Shown here in pieces: positions 9,872 through 18,484 of a stretch of 64,000 nucleotides of DNA (its first letter is position 1; every line of letters begins with the position of its first letter). Position numbers and translations under genes: made by a program. Origin of the DNA: an uncultured cyanobacterium (GTDB taxonomy: Bacteria > Cyanobacteriota > Cyanobacteriia > PCC-9006 > JAAUQQ01); the NCBI GenBank assembly GCA_963718615.1, contig OY970368.1, positions 5,184,001 to 5,248,000 of the forward strand, written 5' to 3'. Under the pieces are notes generated by a model that saw only the letters and a program-made list of their open reading frames with translations, had not been told where the DNA came from and did no database searches.

Positions 9872-11221
9872 ATGCCGCTGGCTCCAGAATCTTCTCCACC
9901 GCCCACACCCTTGACAGATTGGCTCAGCAACTCAGCACCATTACAACGCAGTGAGTTTCTGCCCAGCGCAAGCTGGTCCTTGCGCCTGGGGGGACTGGGG
10001 CTAATGGGAGTCGTCGTGTCCCTGTTGGGTTTGGCCACCACGATACCCTATTCCAATGCAGTCCTAGCAACTGCAACCGTGCGACCTCGGGGAGGGGTTC
10101 AGCAGATTCAGGCTGCTACGACCGGCGTGGTAACCGCCCTTGAGGTTCAGGAAAATCAGCAGGTTACAGCGGGTCAGGTTCTGGTTCAAATCGATACATT
10201 GGAGCTGGAGCGCGATCGCCAAAGCCTTCAACTCAAAATCCAATCCACCGAACAACAGTTGCAGGATCTTTCCAAGGAGGCCCTGGATCTAGAAAAGCAG
10301 TTTGCTGCTCAACAAAATTTTCAGACCCAACGGGAGAGCTTGGGTCGAACTCAACTCGCCCAGGCCCAGGGGCAGCAGCAAGCCCAACACCAGATTGCCC
10401 AAAGCGAATTGGCAGAAGCCATGGCACTGTTAGACCTTGCCCAAGAAGAACAGCAACGCTACGAAGAGCTCACCCAGGCTGGCGCAATCTCTCAACTCCA
10501 ATTCCAGGAAAAGCGACAGGCTTTTAAAGTTGCACAGGCTCGGGTCGCCAAAGCCCGAGCGATCGCCCAACCTCCCATCCATGCCTTAGCCACAATCCAG
10601 GCCGAAATCAACCAAGCCCAAGCCGAAGGCACCGTTCAGCTCGATAGCCTACGCCAAGCCCAACAAGCCCTCCGGCGGGAAACTCATCAATTGCAAACTC
10701 AACTCCAAGAACATCGTCAAAGCCTTCAACACCTGGAAAGCCAACGCAGATCGCATCAAATCAAAGCGCCCAGCGGAGGCACCCTGCTCCAGTTTACCCT
10801 CCGCAATCGCGGCCAAGTGGTCCATCGGGGGGATACCATAGGCCAGATTGTTCCAGCAACGGACTGGGTTATCCAAGCACGAGTGAGCCCTGAGGCGATC
10901 GCCCAGATTAAACGCTGTGATGCTCCTAAGGCTACGCGCCATCGCTGTACCGAGGGACAAGCCCAGGTGCGAATCGATGCCTATCCCTATCCCGAGTACG
11001 GGACCATGGCTGGCTGGGTGACCGAAATCGCCTCAGATACCCAACAATCTCCAGCAGGCAAGGCTTATTACACCCTGACGATTGAGCTAGCGGAACCTGC
11101 TTTCCATCGGCACGGAAAACGCTACCCGTTGCAAGCAGGGATGACGGGCACTGCTGAGTTGCTAGGCCCACCGGAAACGTTATTGCGATTTTGGCTACGC
11201 AAGGTCCGACTGTGGGTCTAA
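9872..11221 (+). CDS. HlyD-family membrane fusion protein
   Basis: N-terminal TM helix, lipoyl-like half motifs, long coiled coil, AYPYPEYG, LQAGMTG. Confidence 0.92.
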   Translation: MPLAPESSPPPTPLTDWLSNSAPLQRSEFLPSASWSLRLGGLGLMGVVVSLLGLATTIPYSNAVLATATVRPRGGVQQIQAATTGVVTALEVQENQQVTAGQVLVQIDTLELERDRQSLQLKIQSTEQQLQDLSKEALDLEKQFAAQQNFQTQRESLGRTQLAQAQGQQQAQHQIAQSELAEAMALLDLAQEEQQRYEELTQAGAISQLQFQEKRQAFKVAQARVAKARAIAQPPIHALATIQAEINQAQAEGTVQLDSLRQAQQALRRETHQLQTQLQEHRQSLQHLESQRRSHQIKAPSGGTLLQFTLRNRGQVVHRGDTIGQIVPATDWVIQARVSPEAIAQIKRCDAPKATRHRCTEGQAQVRIDAYPYPEYGTMAGWVTEIASDTQQSPAGKAYYTLTIELAEPAFHRHGKRYPLQAGMTGTAELLGPPETLLRFWLRKVRLWV

Positions 11222-11225
11222 GTTT

Positions 11226-12827
11226 TCACACCACCCCTGACGCAATCATCTGAATGGCCTTGGGCAGGGATGGATCAAAGCCCCCAAAATCCCAAGAATT
11301 GCGGTCCTGGGGATCGGTCAATGTCAGTTGGTTGGGCACCAAGGTGACGTAAACAGCTTTAGCGTTGGGATTGACCCGCTGGCGATAGTCGGCTAGGGCT
11401 TGGCTCGGATGGCGGCGTCCAGCCCAGGATTCACAGTCGGTCCAGAAACAAAAGACATCGGCATGGAAACGATGGGCGATCGCCCAGTCATAGGCCACTG
11501 AAGCATCGGTCCCGCCAAAGTTCTGATCCTGGGCTTTCTGCATCGCCGAGGCGAAGCTATCGCGGGCCGTAATGCCGAGGTCTTTAAACTGGGTGGAAAA
11601 ACCGCGAATGGCGTAGTGATGCTCGGCTTTTGCCGTGGCTAAGGCCAAGGTTGTGGCAATTTCGCAACAGGTGAGGCCCAGGGACGTCACCTGATAAAAC
11701 CCCATGGAACCGGAGATATCGATCGCGTGCAGGAACACCTTGCCCGTTGGCTCCACAACTTCAAAGGAGAGCTCTAGGGCCTGGTCCAAAATATCGACAA
11801 TGCGGGCGATCGGCACCCAAGTTTTAGAACTGCGGCCCAGTTTGCCGCCGGACTGATAGGTCTTGAGCGCTTTGAGAATCTCGATGGGGTGAATCCGTGC
11901 CTTGCGCAGGGCATGGCGATCGCACAACCGTTTCGCCACTTGCTTGAGCTGTTTGCCCTTGTGGGACTGCAATACGCCAATTTGGGTGAGGGACCCGAGG
12001 TTGCGGAGTAAGGCTCCGAGGGGCATCTCTTGAAACAGCAACTGCCAGGCTTCAACATCCATCTGGCCGACGGGCGCGATCATTTCGTGGGTGAGTTTGC
12101 CCTGGGCGATCGCCTCCTTCGTCAGTTTGGGCTGGCGCTTGACCCGCTCATACCACCAAATCTGGGTCATCGCTTCAGACGGCGGTTGTGCAGGCACGAT
12201 ATCCCAACCTTGGGTCACCCACTGAAACAAGGCTTGGTGTTGATCGCTCACGGGTTTGGCATGCAGTAAGCGCAGGGCATCGCGATGGCAGAAGCCATGC
12301 CGTTGTTGATATTTGAGCAGTTGATAGGCCAATTGTTTGGCATTGGGCTGGGAAAGCCAAGCCTTACCGCATTCCCGCACGATTTTGCCAAAGCCCCGCG
12401 TCGATTTGGTGTAGCTCAACCACTCGTAGAAATGGCTGCCGGTGCGAACCACTTGCAAAAACACCTCGGCAAAGGCTTGCTTAGCGGCGTGGGATTCGCC
12501 CATGGAGAGGAGCACAAGGGCAAAAATGGGCGCACTGTTGTTGATCGCACGACCATCGCTAGCGTAGACAATTTCCTGGGCGACGCGCTGGGGATCTTCG
12601 TCCACGCAACGCCAAACGGCATCGACAAAATCGTGGGTGAGTTCGCGCTTGTCGGCATAGAACGAGCCTTGGGCGGTCCCCAGGAGCAAGCAGCGGCGCA
12701 GGTGTTGCCAGCGATCGCTCTTGAACCCATATCCCCCTGATCCAGCCTTGATCATCTCGGCTTGGCGACCGGGAATTGGCTGGGTTTGGGGCGTAGTTTG
12801 GGGGTTGAGATAAAACTGATAGGTCAT
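11226..12827 (-). CDS. rsr: Ro60/Rsr TROVE-domain RNA-binding protein with vWA domain
   Basis: GGYGF...LRRCLLLGT..GSFY N-terminus, ALLRNLG, RIHP, vWA MIDAS AIDISGSM, GGTD, FWTD. Confidence 0.92.
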   Translation of the reverse strand: MTYQFYLNPQTTPQTQPIPGRQAEMIKAGSGGYGFKSDRWQHLRRCLLLGTAQGSFYADKRELTHDFVDAVWRCVDEDPQRVAQEIVYASDGRAINNSAPIFALVLLSMGESHAAKQAFAEVFLQVVRTGSHFYEWLSYTKSTRGFGKIVRECGKAWLSQPNAKQLAYQLLKYQQRHGFCHRDALRLLHAKPVSDQHQALFQWVTQGWDIVPAQPPSEAMTQIWWYERVKRQPKLTKEAIAQGKLTHEMIAPVGQMDVEAWQLLFQEMPLGALLRNLGSLTQIGVLQSHKGKQLKQVAKRLCDRHALRKARIHPIEILKALKTYQSGGKLGRSSKTWVPIARIVDILDQALELSFEVVEPTGKVFLHAIDISGSMGFYQVTSLGLTCCEIATTLALATAKAEHHYAIRGFSTQFKDLGITARDSFASAMQKAQDQNFGGTDASVAYDWAIAHRFHADVFCFWTDCESWAGRRHPSQALADYRQRVNPNAKAVYVTLVPNQLTLTDPQDRNSWDFGGFDPSLPKAIQMIASGVV

Positions 12828-12945
12828 ACATTCCTCCAGCCCTTTGGGGCAAGGCGGCGTTGTGGGTTTGCCGCTGTTGCCTCCAGAGTAGGCGCGGGAG
12901 CTTCCCCTAGGCGACTCCCCTCTCGCCCAGCCGGAACGCTTGCCA

Positions 12946-13409
12946 TTACGGGCATTTCAGGGGAGGGGAGGGCGATCGCAGTTGAGGGAGTACCCGAACT
13001 TTCTGGGTTAAGTGCGCTCCTGATTTTCTCATCCGGCGACTTTGCGCCAAAACAACGCAGACAACGCCGTTGGTTTTCAGGTGAAGGCCAATGAGGATAG
13101 CCATGTCTACCAAGCAGACGAGACCATCACCCTGTCGCAGAACATCAGGTACCACCCTCTTCAGCCGCCGCGTAATCATTTGAGCCTTGACCCACTTGCC
13201 CGCCATCAACCAATCCCAGAGGACATCGCTAAAAAACTTGACCCAGCCGGGATGCGACCCAAGCATCTGCTCGAAAGAACGCATCTGATCCACACAAGCA
13301 TCAGGGGAGCATCGGTCAACAACTGCTGCCACAAGATTCAACTTTTTTCTGAAGACGACCCAACTCCCAAACCAGACGACTCATCCCTCTTCATAGAGTC
13401 TGCACTCAT
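12946..13409 (-). pseudogene. Hypothetical gene, apparently frameshifted at an A6 run
   Basis: Strong RBS AAGGAGGTGA before ATG 13409; the 23-aa ORF would join ORF 12946..13341 if one A were added at about 13345. Confidence 0.4.
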
Positions 13410-13459
13410 TGCGAGTCACCTCCTTATAGGCTACGGATGCCGATTGGCATCCTCCATTG

Positions 13460-14398
13460 TTATTTCAGCAACGTTATTTCAGCAACTTCAAAAGTTGCGT
13501 CTGACTTTGCCAAAGCTTCACTCGCCCCGTCTTGTAAACCTTCGCAATAAACGGAGCCCGATTCCCCAGCGCAAACCGCTCCATCCGCGCCAAACTCTCC
13601 ACAAAAATCGCCGCCATCTTTTCCCGAGTCAAATTTCCAGATGCCAAAATAAACACCTTGGCACCCGAATGAGCAACGGCCAAAACACGCTGCCCGATTC
13701 CGCGACTCAAACCAAATCGCCGCATGAATTAGCTTCGATTGACAGTCATACTCCTCAGCAAGGTCATCAATCGAATCCCCGGCGTCATACAGCTCTGCAA
13801 TCACATCCGTTGGAATGCCCGTTCCAGAAATCACTGGGCGTCCAAACGAAACCCTCGGGTCAATCGTTAGTGGCTTCTCCAATGGCTCAATATCAGGTAA
13901 CGTCTGCACCATGGGGAAAAGACGCTCCGCAATCCCCTCCTCATTCCAATCAATCCGCGTCAGCAAATGCCGAAGGACATCACGCATGGCCAACTGTCCC
14001 GATCGTGACGCATTAATCAAATTGCCAAACGACTCTACAAACAAATCAACCCCATCTGTCTGGAACTCAACCCGAGCCAGGGGGTGTTCCATCACCAACT
14101 GCTGACTCACATAGTCCATCGCCTCCCGCACCTTATCCAAGCGAATGCGATGAGATTGGCGAATCACGCGAAGCACATGGGCCTCAATCAGGTTGATAAA
14201 GGAAAGCTGTGAATGCTGATCACTAGGCCGCTGAATGATAGCCGGGAGTGCCTTGGAGCCGTTCTTCGTGGGATATGTACGACCCTTCAGCCAAGTACGA
14301 AGTGTTGGCACCGGAATCTGAAGGTAGCGAGCTACGTCAGCCACCGCATAAACAGGGGCGTGATGAACCTGATTGCTCCAATCTAAATTAGGCGACAC
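13460..14398 (-). CDS. DUF433/VapB45-like antitoxin (native stop lost, reads through into the toxin remnant)
   Basis: HTH YAVADVARYL, LSFINLIEAHV, IDPRVSFGRPVISGTGIP (DUF433). Confidence 0.8.
   Translation of the reverse strand: MSPNLDWSNQVHHAPVYAVADVARYLQIPVPTLRTWLKGRTYPTKNGSKALPAIIQRPSDQHSQLSFINLIEAHVLRVIRQSHRIRLDKVREAMDYVSQQLVMEHPLARVEFQTDGVDLFVESFGNLINASRSGQLAMRDVLRHLLTRIDWNEEGIAERLFPMVQTLPDIEPLEKPLTIDPRVSFGRPVISGTGIPTDVIAELYDAGDSIDDLAEEYDCQSKLIHAAIWFESRNRAACFGRCSFGCQGVYFGIWKFDSGKDGGDFCGEFGADGAVCAGESGSVYCEGLQDGASEALAKSDATFEVAEITLLK
13474..13690 (-). pseudogene. C-terminal remnant of a VapC45-like PIN toxin
   Basis: AKVFILASGNLTREKMAAIF...RAPFIAKVYKTG resembles a VapC45 C-terminus; the N-terminal half is missing. 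Confidence 0.6.
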
Positions 14399-14481
14399 GC
14401 TCTCAACTTCCCAAACAGTCTTTCCATTCTACCCCGGTTGAGTGCTTCTCATTGGCTGGTGAAGCCATCGACTGAAAAATA

Positions 14482-14685
14482 TTAAGAAATGACCAAACCC
14501 AGCTTCGCCAAAAGCTCCTCAGGGGAAACATTCTGCGACTGCCCCCGGTGACGCCCCTTCTTGCGCGCCTCAACCGGAATATCCGACAACTTGAGTACCG
14601 GCAAAAGCGTTGCAGCATTGAAAGCCTCGATATCGCGAATCAGCTCCTCCAACAATTCTAGGCGAGTAAAATGGTGATGTCTCAA
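14482..14685 (-). CDS. Small hypothetical protein or gene fragment
   Basis: ATG overlaps the Uma2 stop (ATGA coupling); no family recognised. Confidence 0.3.
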   Translation of the reverse strand: MRHHHFTRLELLEELIRDIEAFNAATLLPVLKLSDIPVEARKKGRHRGQSQNVSPEELLAKLGLVIS

Positions 14686-15278
14686 AGTCGATTCTCGGCA
14701 TACCTGTAAACCCGGCCCAGATTCAGCACCAGTGGCGGATGTAGATGGCCTAGCTGAATTTCTAGATCAGTTTCCTTGCCTAAATAGAAGTTCTTAATCC
14801 AGTCATTCTCTTGACGCTGATAGACCGTCACCATCACTTCAGTCTGCGACAAAATCAGATAGGTCTGTAGCGAATCGATCGCCAGATACTTTTCCCGCTT
14901 TTCTCCCTTATCCTTCCGCGCCGTGCTATCCGAAAGCACCTCCGCCAACAGCACAGGTGACTCCTCATACAACTCCGAATATTCTTCCCCACAAGCCAAC
15001 ATCACATCGGGATAAGCAGAATTATCCTTCTCATTAAGCCGCCGCTCCCGATCAATCCGCACCTTAACGTCTGCCACGTACAGGCGACAGCCCGCTTCCT
15101 TCTGGCGGTCAATCTCCGTAAACAGCCCCAGCGCAATCAAATTATGCGCCTTCGTCCCACCTGTCATTGCCACAATCTGGCCATCCAGCAGCTCATACTT
15201 GAGCCCCGTTAGCTCTTCCAGCTCCAGCAATTCCTCAAAGCTGTAAAGTCTTTTAGCATCTGGTAATGCACTGTTCAT
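14682..15278 (-). CDS. Uma2-family (DUF820) endonuclease
   Basis: KYELLDGQIVAMTGG, YPDV, EVLSDST..KD...K...Y. Confidence 0.9.
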   Translation of the reverse strand: MNSALPDAKRLYSFEELLELEELTGLKYELLDGQIVAMTGGTKAHNLIALGLFTEIDRQKEAGCRLYVADVKVRIDRERRLNEKDNSAYPDVMLACGEEYSELYEESPVLLAEVLSDSTARKDKGEKREKYLAIDSLQTYLILSQTEVMVTVYQRQENDWIKNFYLGKETDLEIQLGHLHPPLVLNLGRVYRYAENRL

Positions 15279-15427
15279 GGATCGTTCCCAACCAACAGCT
15301 CTAAACAACCTAGCGATTTCCAAGTCTTATTATCGCTCTTTCTCTTGATGATCCGGTTAATCAGATCATCGGTAGTCCAAATGATCAGGGTAATGGGATC
15401 ATCATGAACTCTTTCCGCCCTGATTTC

Positions 15428-15961
15428 CTAGATCGCTTGCCACTCGCGTAAAACTAACCGGCATTGCAGGCATTGGATTCGCGCTAGGAGCGATCGCACA
15501 CCGCTCTCATTGGCGGGATAAGCGGCTTCGAGGTATTCCGGTAAGACTATTGCATCGGGGCGAATCTGGGCGATGTAGCCGTAGAGCTTTTGGTTGGAGA
15601 AGGAACTGTTGATGGGCCAACCTTCGGTGTTGAGGGGGGTGAGGTGATCGATGGCGGGGGCGGGGAGGCCGAGTTCTCGCTGGAGGATGGCGATCGCCAC
15701 GGACTCGCGATCCTGTTCCGCCGGACAGCGCCCACCGGGGAGATCGAGGGTTGCGGTGCCAAGGCCAGGGCGATAGACGGGCGGGGGTAGGAGGATTTGT
15801 TGGTTTTGCAGGGGTAGAACGATGAGGGAGTCGGCTTTTTCAATTCGCCAGTATTCGTGGAGGGTACCGTTGGGGTCTTGGAGGTGTTCGCCGATGAGGG
15901 TGAGCCATTTTGTTTGGAGGTGGAGGAGGCGGTTTTGGAGGGTCCAGGGTTGGGGAGGCAT
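15428..15961 (-). CDS. NUDIX-fold hydrolase (degenerate Nudix box)
   Basis: YRPG....LDLPGG...AILQRELG. Confidence 0.7.
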   Translation of the reverse strand: MPPQPWTLQNRLLHLQTKWLTLIGEHLQDPNGTLHEYWRIEKADSLIVLPLQNQQILLPPPVYRPGLGTATLDLPGGRCPAEQDRESVAIAILQRELGLPAPAIDHLTPLNTEGWPINSSFSNQKLYGYIAQIRPDAIVLPEYLEAAYPANESGVRSLLARIQCLQCRLVLREWQAI

Positions 15962-16123
15962 AGGAATAGGGAGATGATGGAGATCGAGATCACAGGGCGA
16001 TCGTGGATCTAGTATTTATCCTGAAGTATAATAAGACTCAGTGTATATAGTATGACTCCAAGCAAGAGTCTTGACGGCAGCTTCTATATTTTCATCATCG
16101 AAAGATAGAACAAAGACACTACT

Positions 16124-17491
16124 TTGAAGCATAGGTCATACACCATGGTAAATGTCATCAGCGGTAGTTTATCTGAGGTGCTGCTAGAACTTCCTAGTGA
16201 CGCTAAAGAGCCGGTTGTTTGTCAATTATTTTCGGGTAAGCTTCTGAAAGCTTTAGGATTTGGAGATCATGAGGTTTATCCTGAGTATAAAACAGGGAGC
16301 GGGCAAAAATCTGTTGATAGGGCGGCAAGAAAAAATCTAGATAACAATGACCTATTCATTGCTACAAAAAAAGATCCATATTTGCTAGTAGAGCTAAAAG
16401 GAAGAGATATCAATTTGAGCGACGGCTCGGCACATTATCATTCAACTGTTAGACAGCTCAAAGGCTACATGCTTGATGTTAATTGCAAATCTGTAAAATG
16501 GGGAATTATTACAAATTCTTGCCATGTTCAACTATTTAGAAAGCATGGAAAAACTATTTACCCGGCAACCAAGTGCATCGCATTAAGCGTTGACAATATC
16601 GAAGAAGAAGTTAGAAAAATACGAGATAAGATTGACAACCCGAAAAAAGCTTTAACAGTCGCCATTTACAATAATAAAGGAGGCGTTGGCAAGACCACGA
16701 CGACAGTGAATCTTGCTGCGACTTTAGCTCTATTTGGCAAAAAAGTTTTGGCAGTTGATTTTGATCCAAATCAACACGATTTAAGCAATTCCTTGGGGTT
16801 TAAGTTAAGCGAAAATTCTGTTTCAAGTGCTTTAGAATCAAAAGATATAGATATTCTCTCAACCATAGAAACCTATTCTTTTAAAACTAGAACACCTGGA
16901 CTTTCTCTTACCTTTGATATTATTCCAGCAGACCAAAGGCTTAAAAAAGAGGGTGAAAAGTTTCTAAGTAACTACCCTAGAAACCTACTATATCGTAATC
17001 TTGAAGCCGCAAGAGAAAAATACGACTATATCATTGTAGACTCGCCACCTAATTGGACAATTTTTAGTCAACTGGCAGTCTATGCTGCCGATGTAGTTCT
17101 TATTCCAGCTAAGCATAATAACGTTTTCTCTCTGGAAAATGCGGCGATCGCCATGAAGAATTTTATTCCAGAAACACAAGAGCGAAAATCAGATGGAACA
17201 CCAGTCGCACTACCTATCTTTTTTAATGGTGAAAGAACTACTCCTCCACAATTGAGCGCAGCACAGAAGGAAATCAACAATATTCTTAAGACAGCAAAGC
17301 AGGAAGGATTTGATCTGCTACCCTACTTTTACTCTAGATACACGAATTCACAGAGAAACCTATATATTCCTCAAATACCAAGTTATGCCAACATAGCCAG
17401 TGCTGCCTTTTCTCGGGTGCCAGCCGTTTATCGTGATCGTGCTGCCCACGAATACTACAAAAACTTAGCAAAGGAATATTTTTTACAATGA
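16124..17491 (+). CDS. HsdR_N-like (PD-(D/E)xK) domain fused to a ParA/Soj-family ATPase
   Basis: N-terminal PEY...VD...VELK...QL..Y...WGIITN; C-terminal NNKGGVGKTT, DFDPNQ, YDYIIVDSPP; AT-rich; start may be the ATG at 16145. Confidence 0.75.
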   Translation: MKHRSYTMVNVISGSLSEVLLELPSDAKEPVVCQLFSGKLLKALGFGDHEVYPEYKTGSGQKSVDRAARKNLDNNDLFIATKKDPYLLVELKGRDINLSDGSAHYHSTVRQLKGYMLDVNCKSVKWGIITNSCHVQLFRKHGKTIYPATKCIALSVDNIEEEVRKIRDKIDNPKKALTVAIYNNKGGVGKTTTTVNLAATLALFGKKVLAVDFDPNQHDLSNSLGFKLSENSVSSALESKDIDILSTIETYSFKTRTPGLSLTFDIIPADQRLKKEGEKFLSNYPRNLLYRNLEAAREKYDYIIVDSPPNWTIFSQLAVYAADVVLIPAKHNNVFSLENAAIAMKNFIPETQERKSDGTPVALPIFFNGERTTPPQLSAAQKEINNILKTAKQEGFDLLPYFYSRYTNSQRNLYIPQIPSYANIASAAFSRVPAVYRDRAAHEYYKNLAKEYFLQ

Positions 17492-18177
17492 AAAACATAA
17501 CTGATATCGGTAGCTTGATGCATCTATATTTAGATGAGATTGATCCTGGGGAAGGCACTGATTGCCCCGATTTTCTCATCAAAGCATCAGCTCAAATACT
17601 CAACCAAAAAGATGAAAGAAATTGGCTACCCGTCATTGTTAAAGAGATTGCTGAAGATCGCTATGAGGTGATTGCAAATTCATTTGTCTATGCGATCGCC
17701 GAAGCAGCGGGTCTAGAGAGAGTTTGGTGCATTATCGCAGATGACAGCGAGAATACAGCCTTAATCAGTCGAGTATTAACTGGTGAGGAAATTCCTAAGA
17801 TCAACCTTTCTAAAGCCTCAAGAGATGAAATTGTAGCAGCTTTAGAATATCTAGCTCAGCAGCCTGGAAGTCTTCTAAAATCTGTGAAAGTCTCAATTGC
17901 CGCTAATCGAATTGATGAAGCTCCTAGGCAATATTGGAAGAATTTTGATGCGATCGCAAACTTAAAATGCGGAATCACGAGAGGGAAAAAACTAGATGCT
18001 TTGAAAAAGGTTTTCTATTTAACCCCTCAGCCTATGCCTGACACAATTTCTGATCCCAAGATTTTAGAGACTATGACGATTACAGATCTAAAAGCCATGG
18101 CAAAGAAACGCAAGATTGTGGGTCTTAGCAAAATGAAAAAGGCCGATCTGGTTAATGTATTAAGTCAAGCTGAATAG
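17488..18177 (+). CDS. ParB-like N-terminal / Rho-termination-factor N-terminal domain protein
   Basis: NWLPVIVKE...YEVI (ParB/Srx-like); C-terminal MTITDLKAMAKKRKIVGLSKMKKADLV (Rho_N); ATGA coupled to the ParA gene. Confidence 0.65.
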   Translation: MKNITDIGSLMHLYLDEIDPGEGTDCPDFLIKASAQILNQKDERNWLPVIVKEIAEDRYEVIANSFVYAIAEAAGLERVWCIIADDSENTALISRVLTGEEIPKINLSKASRDEIVAALEYLAQQPGSLLKSVKVSIAANRIDEAPRQYWKNFDAIANLKCGITRGKKLDALKKVFYLTPQPMPDTISDPKILETMTITDLKAMAKKRKIVGLSKMKKADLVNVLSQAE

Positions 18178-18196
18178 TTCAGCCTGCCATCAATGA

Positions 18197-18323
18197 GGGA
18201 GTAGAACGGGAATCGAACCCGCACCTCGACGGACAAAGGGGGAAAGAGCTTTACAGAGCGATAACCCTCCATCCTACAGCCCTTACGGGCAAAATTGCGC
18301 TCTACCGTTGAGCTATCCACTCC
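18197..18323 (-). ncRNA. tRNA-like RNA 2 (putative Y RNA)
   Basis: Acceptor GGAGUGGA/UCUACUCC, D arm GCUC-AACGGUA-GAGC, T arm GCGGG-UUCGAUU-CCCGU; enlarged centre containing GGGCUGUAGGAUGGAGGGUUAUCGC. Confidence 0.75.
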
Positions 18324-18359
18324 ATAAGATATCGAACGAAAATCGAAAGAACACTGAGG

Positions 18360-18484
18360 CGTGGCAGGGAGGATTCGAACCTCCGACCTCCCGCTTAACA
18401 GGCGATAACCCTTCTTCAACGACCCTCGCGGATAAATAAGTGAATCAGGGGGTTTAGGCGCTCTAGCCTCTGAGCTACTGCCAC
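18360..18484 (-). ncRNA. tRNA-like RNA 1: tRNA-Asn(GUU) cloverleaf with a 52-nt insertion (putative Y RNA)
   Basis: GUGGCAG/CUGCCAC acceptor, D arm, CC[insert]CGC-CUGUUAA-GCGGG, T arm GGAGG-UUCGAAU-CCUCC, G73. Confidence 0.8.

Noticed and set aside
13042-14016. 324-aa + strand ORF
   Set aside because: It is an antisense shadow of the DUF433/PIN genes with low-complexity composition
18405-18456. Group I or group II intron in a tRNA
   Set aside because: It is only 52 nt, has no catalytic core, and is not located in the anticodon loop
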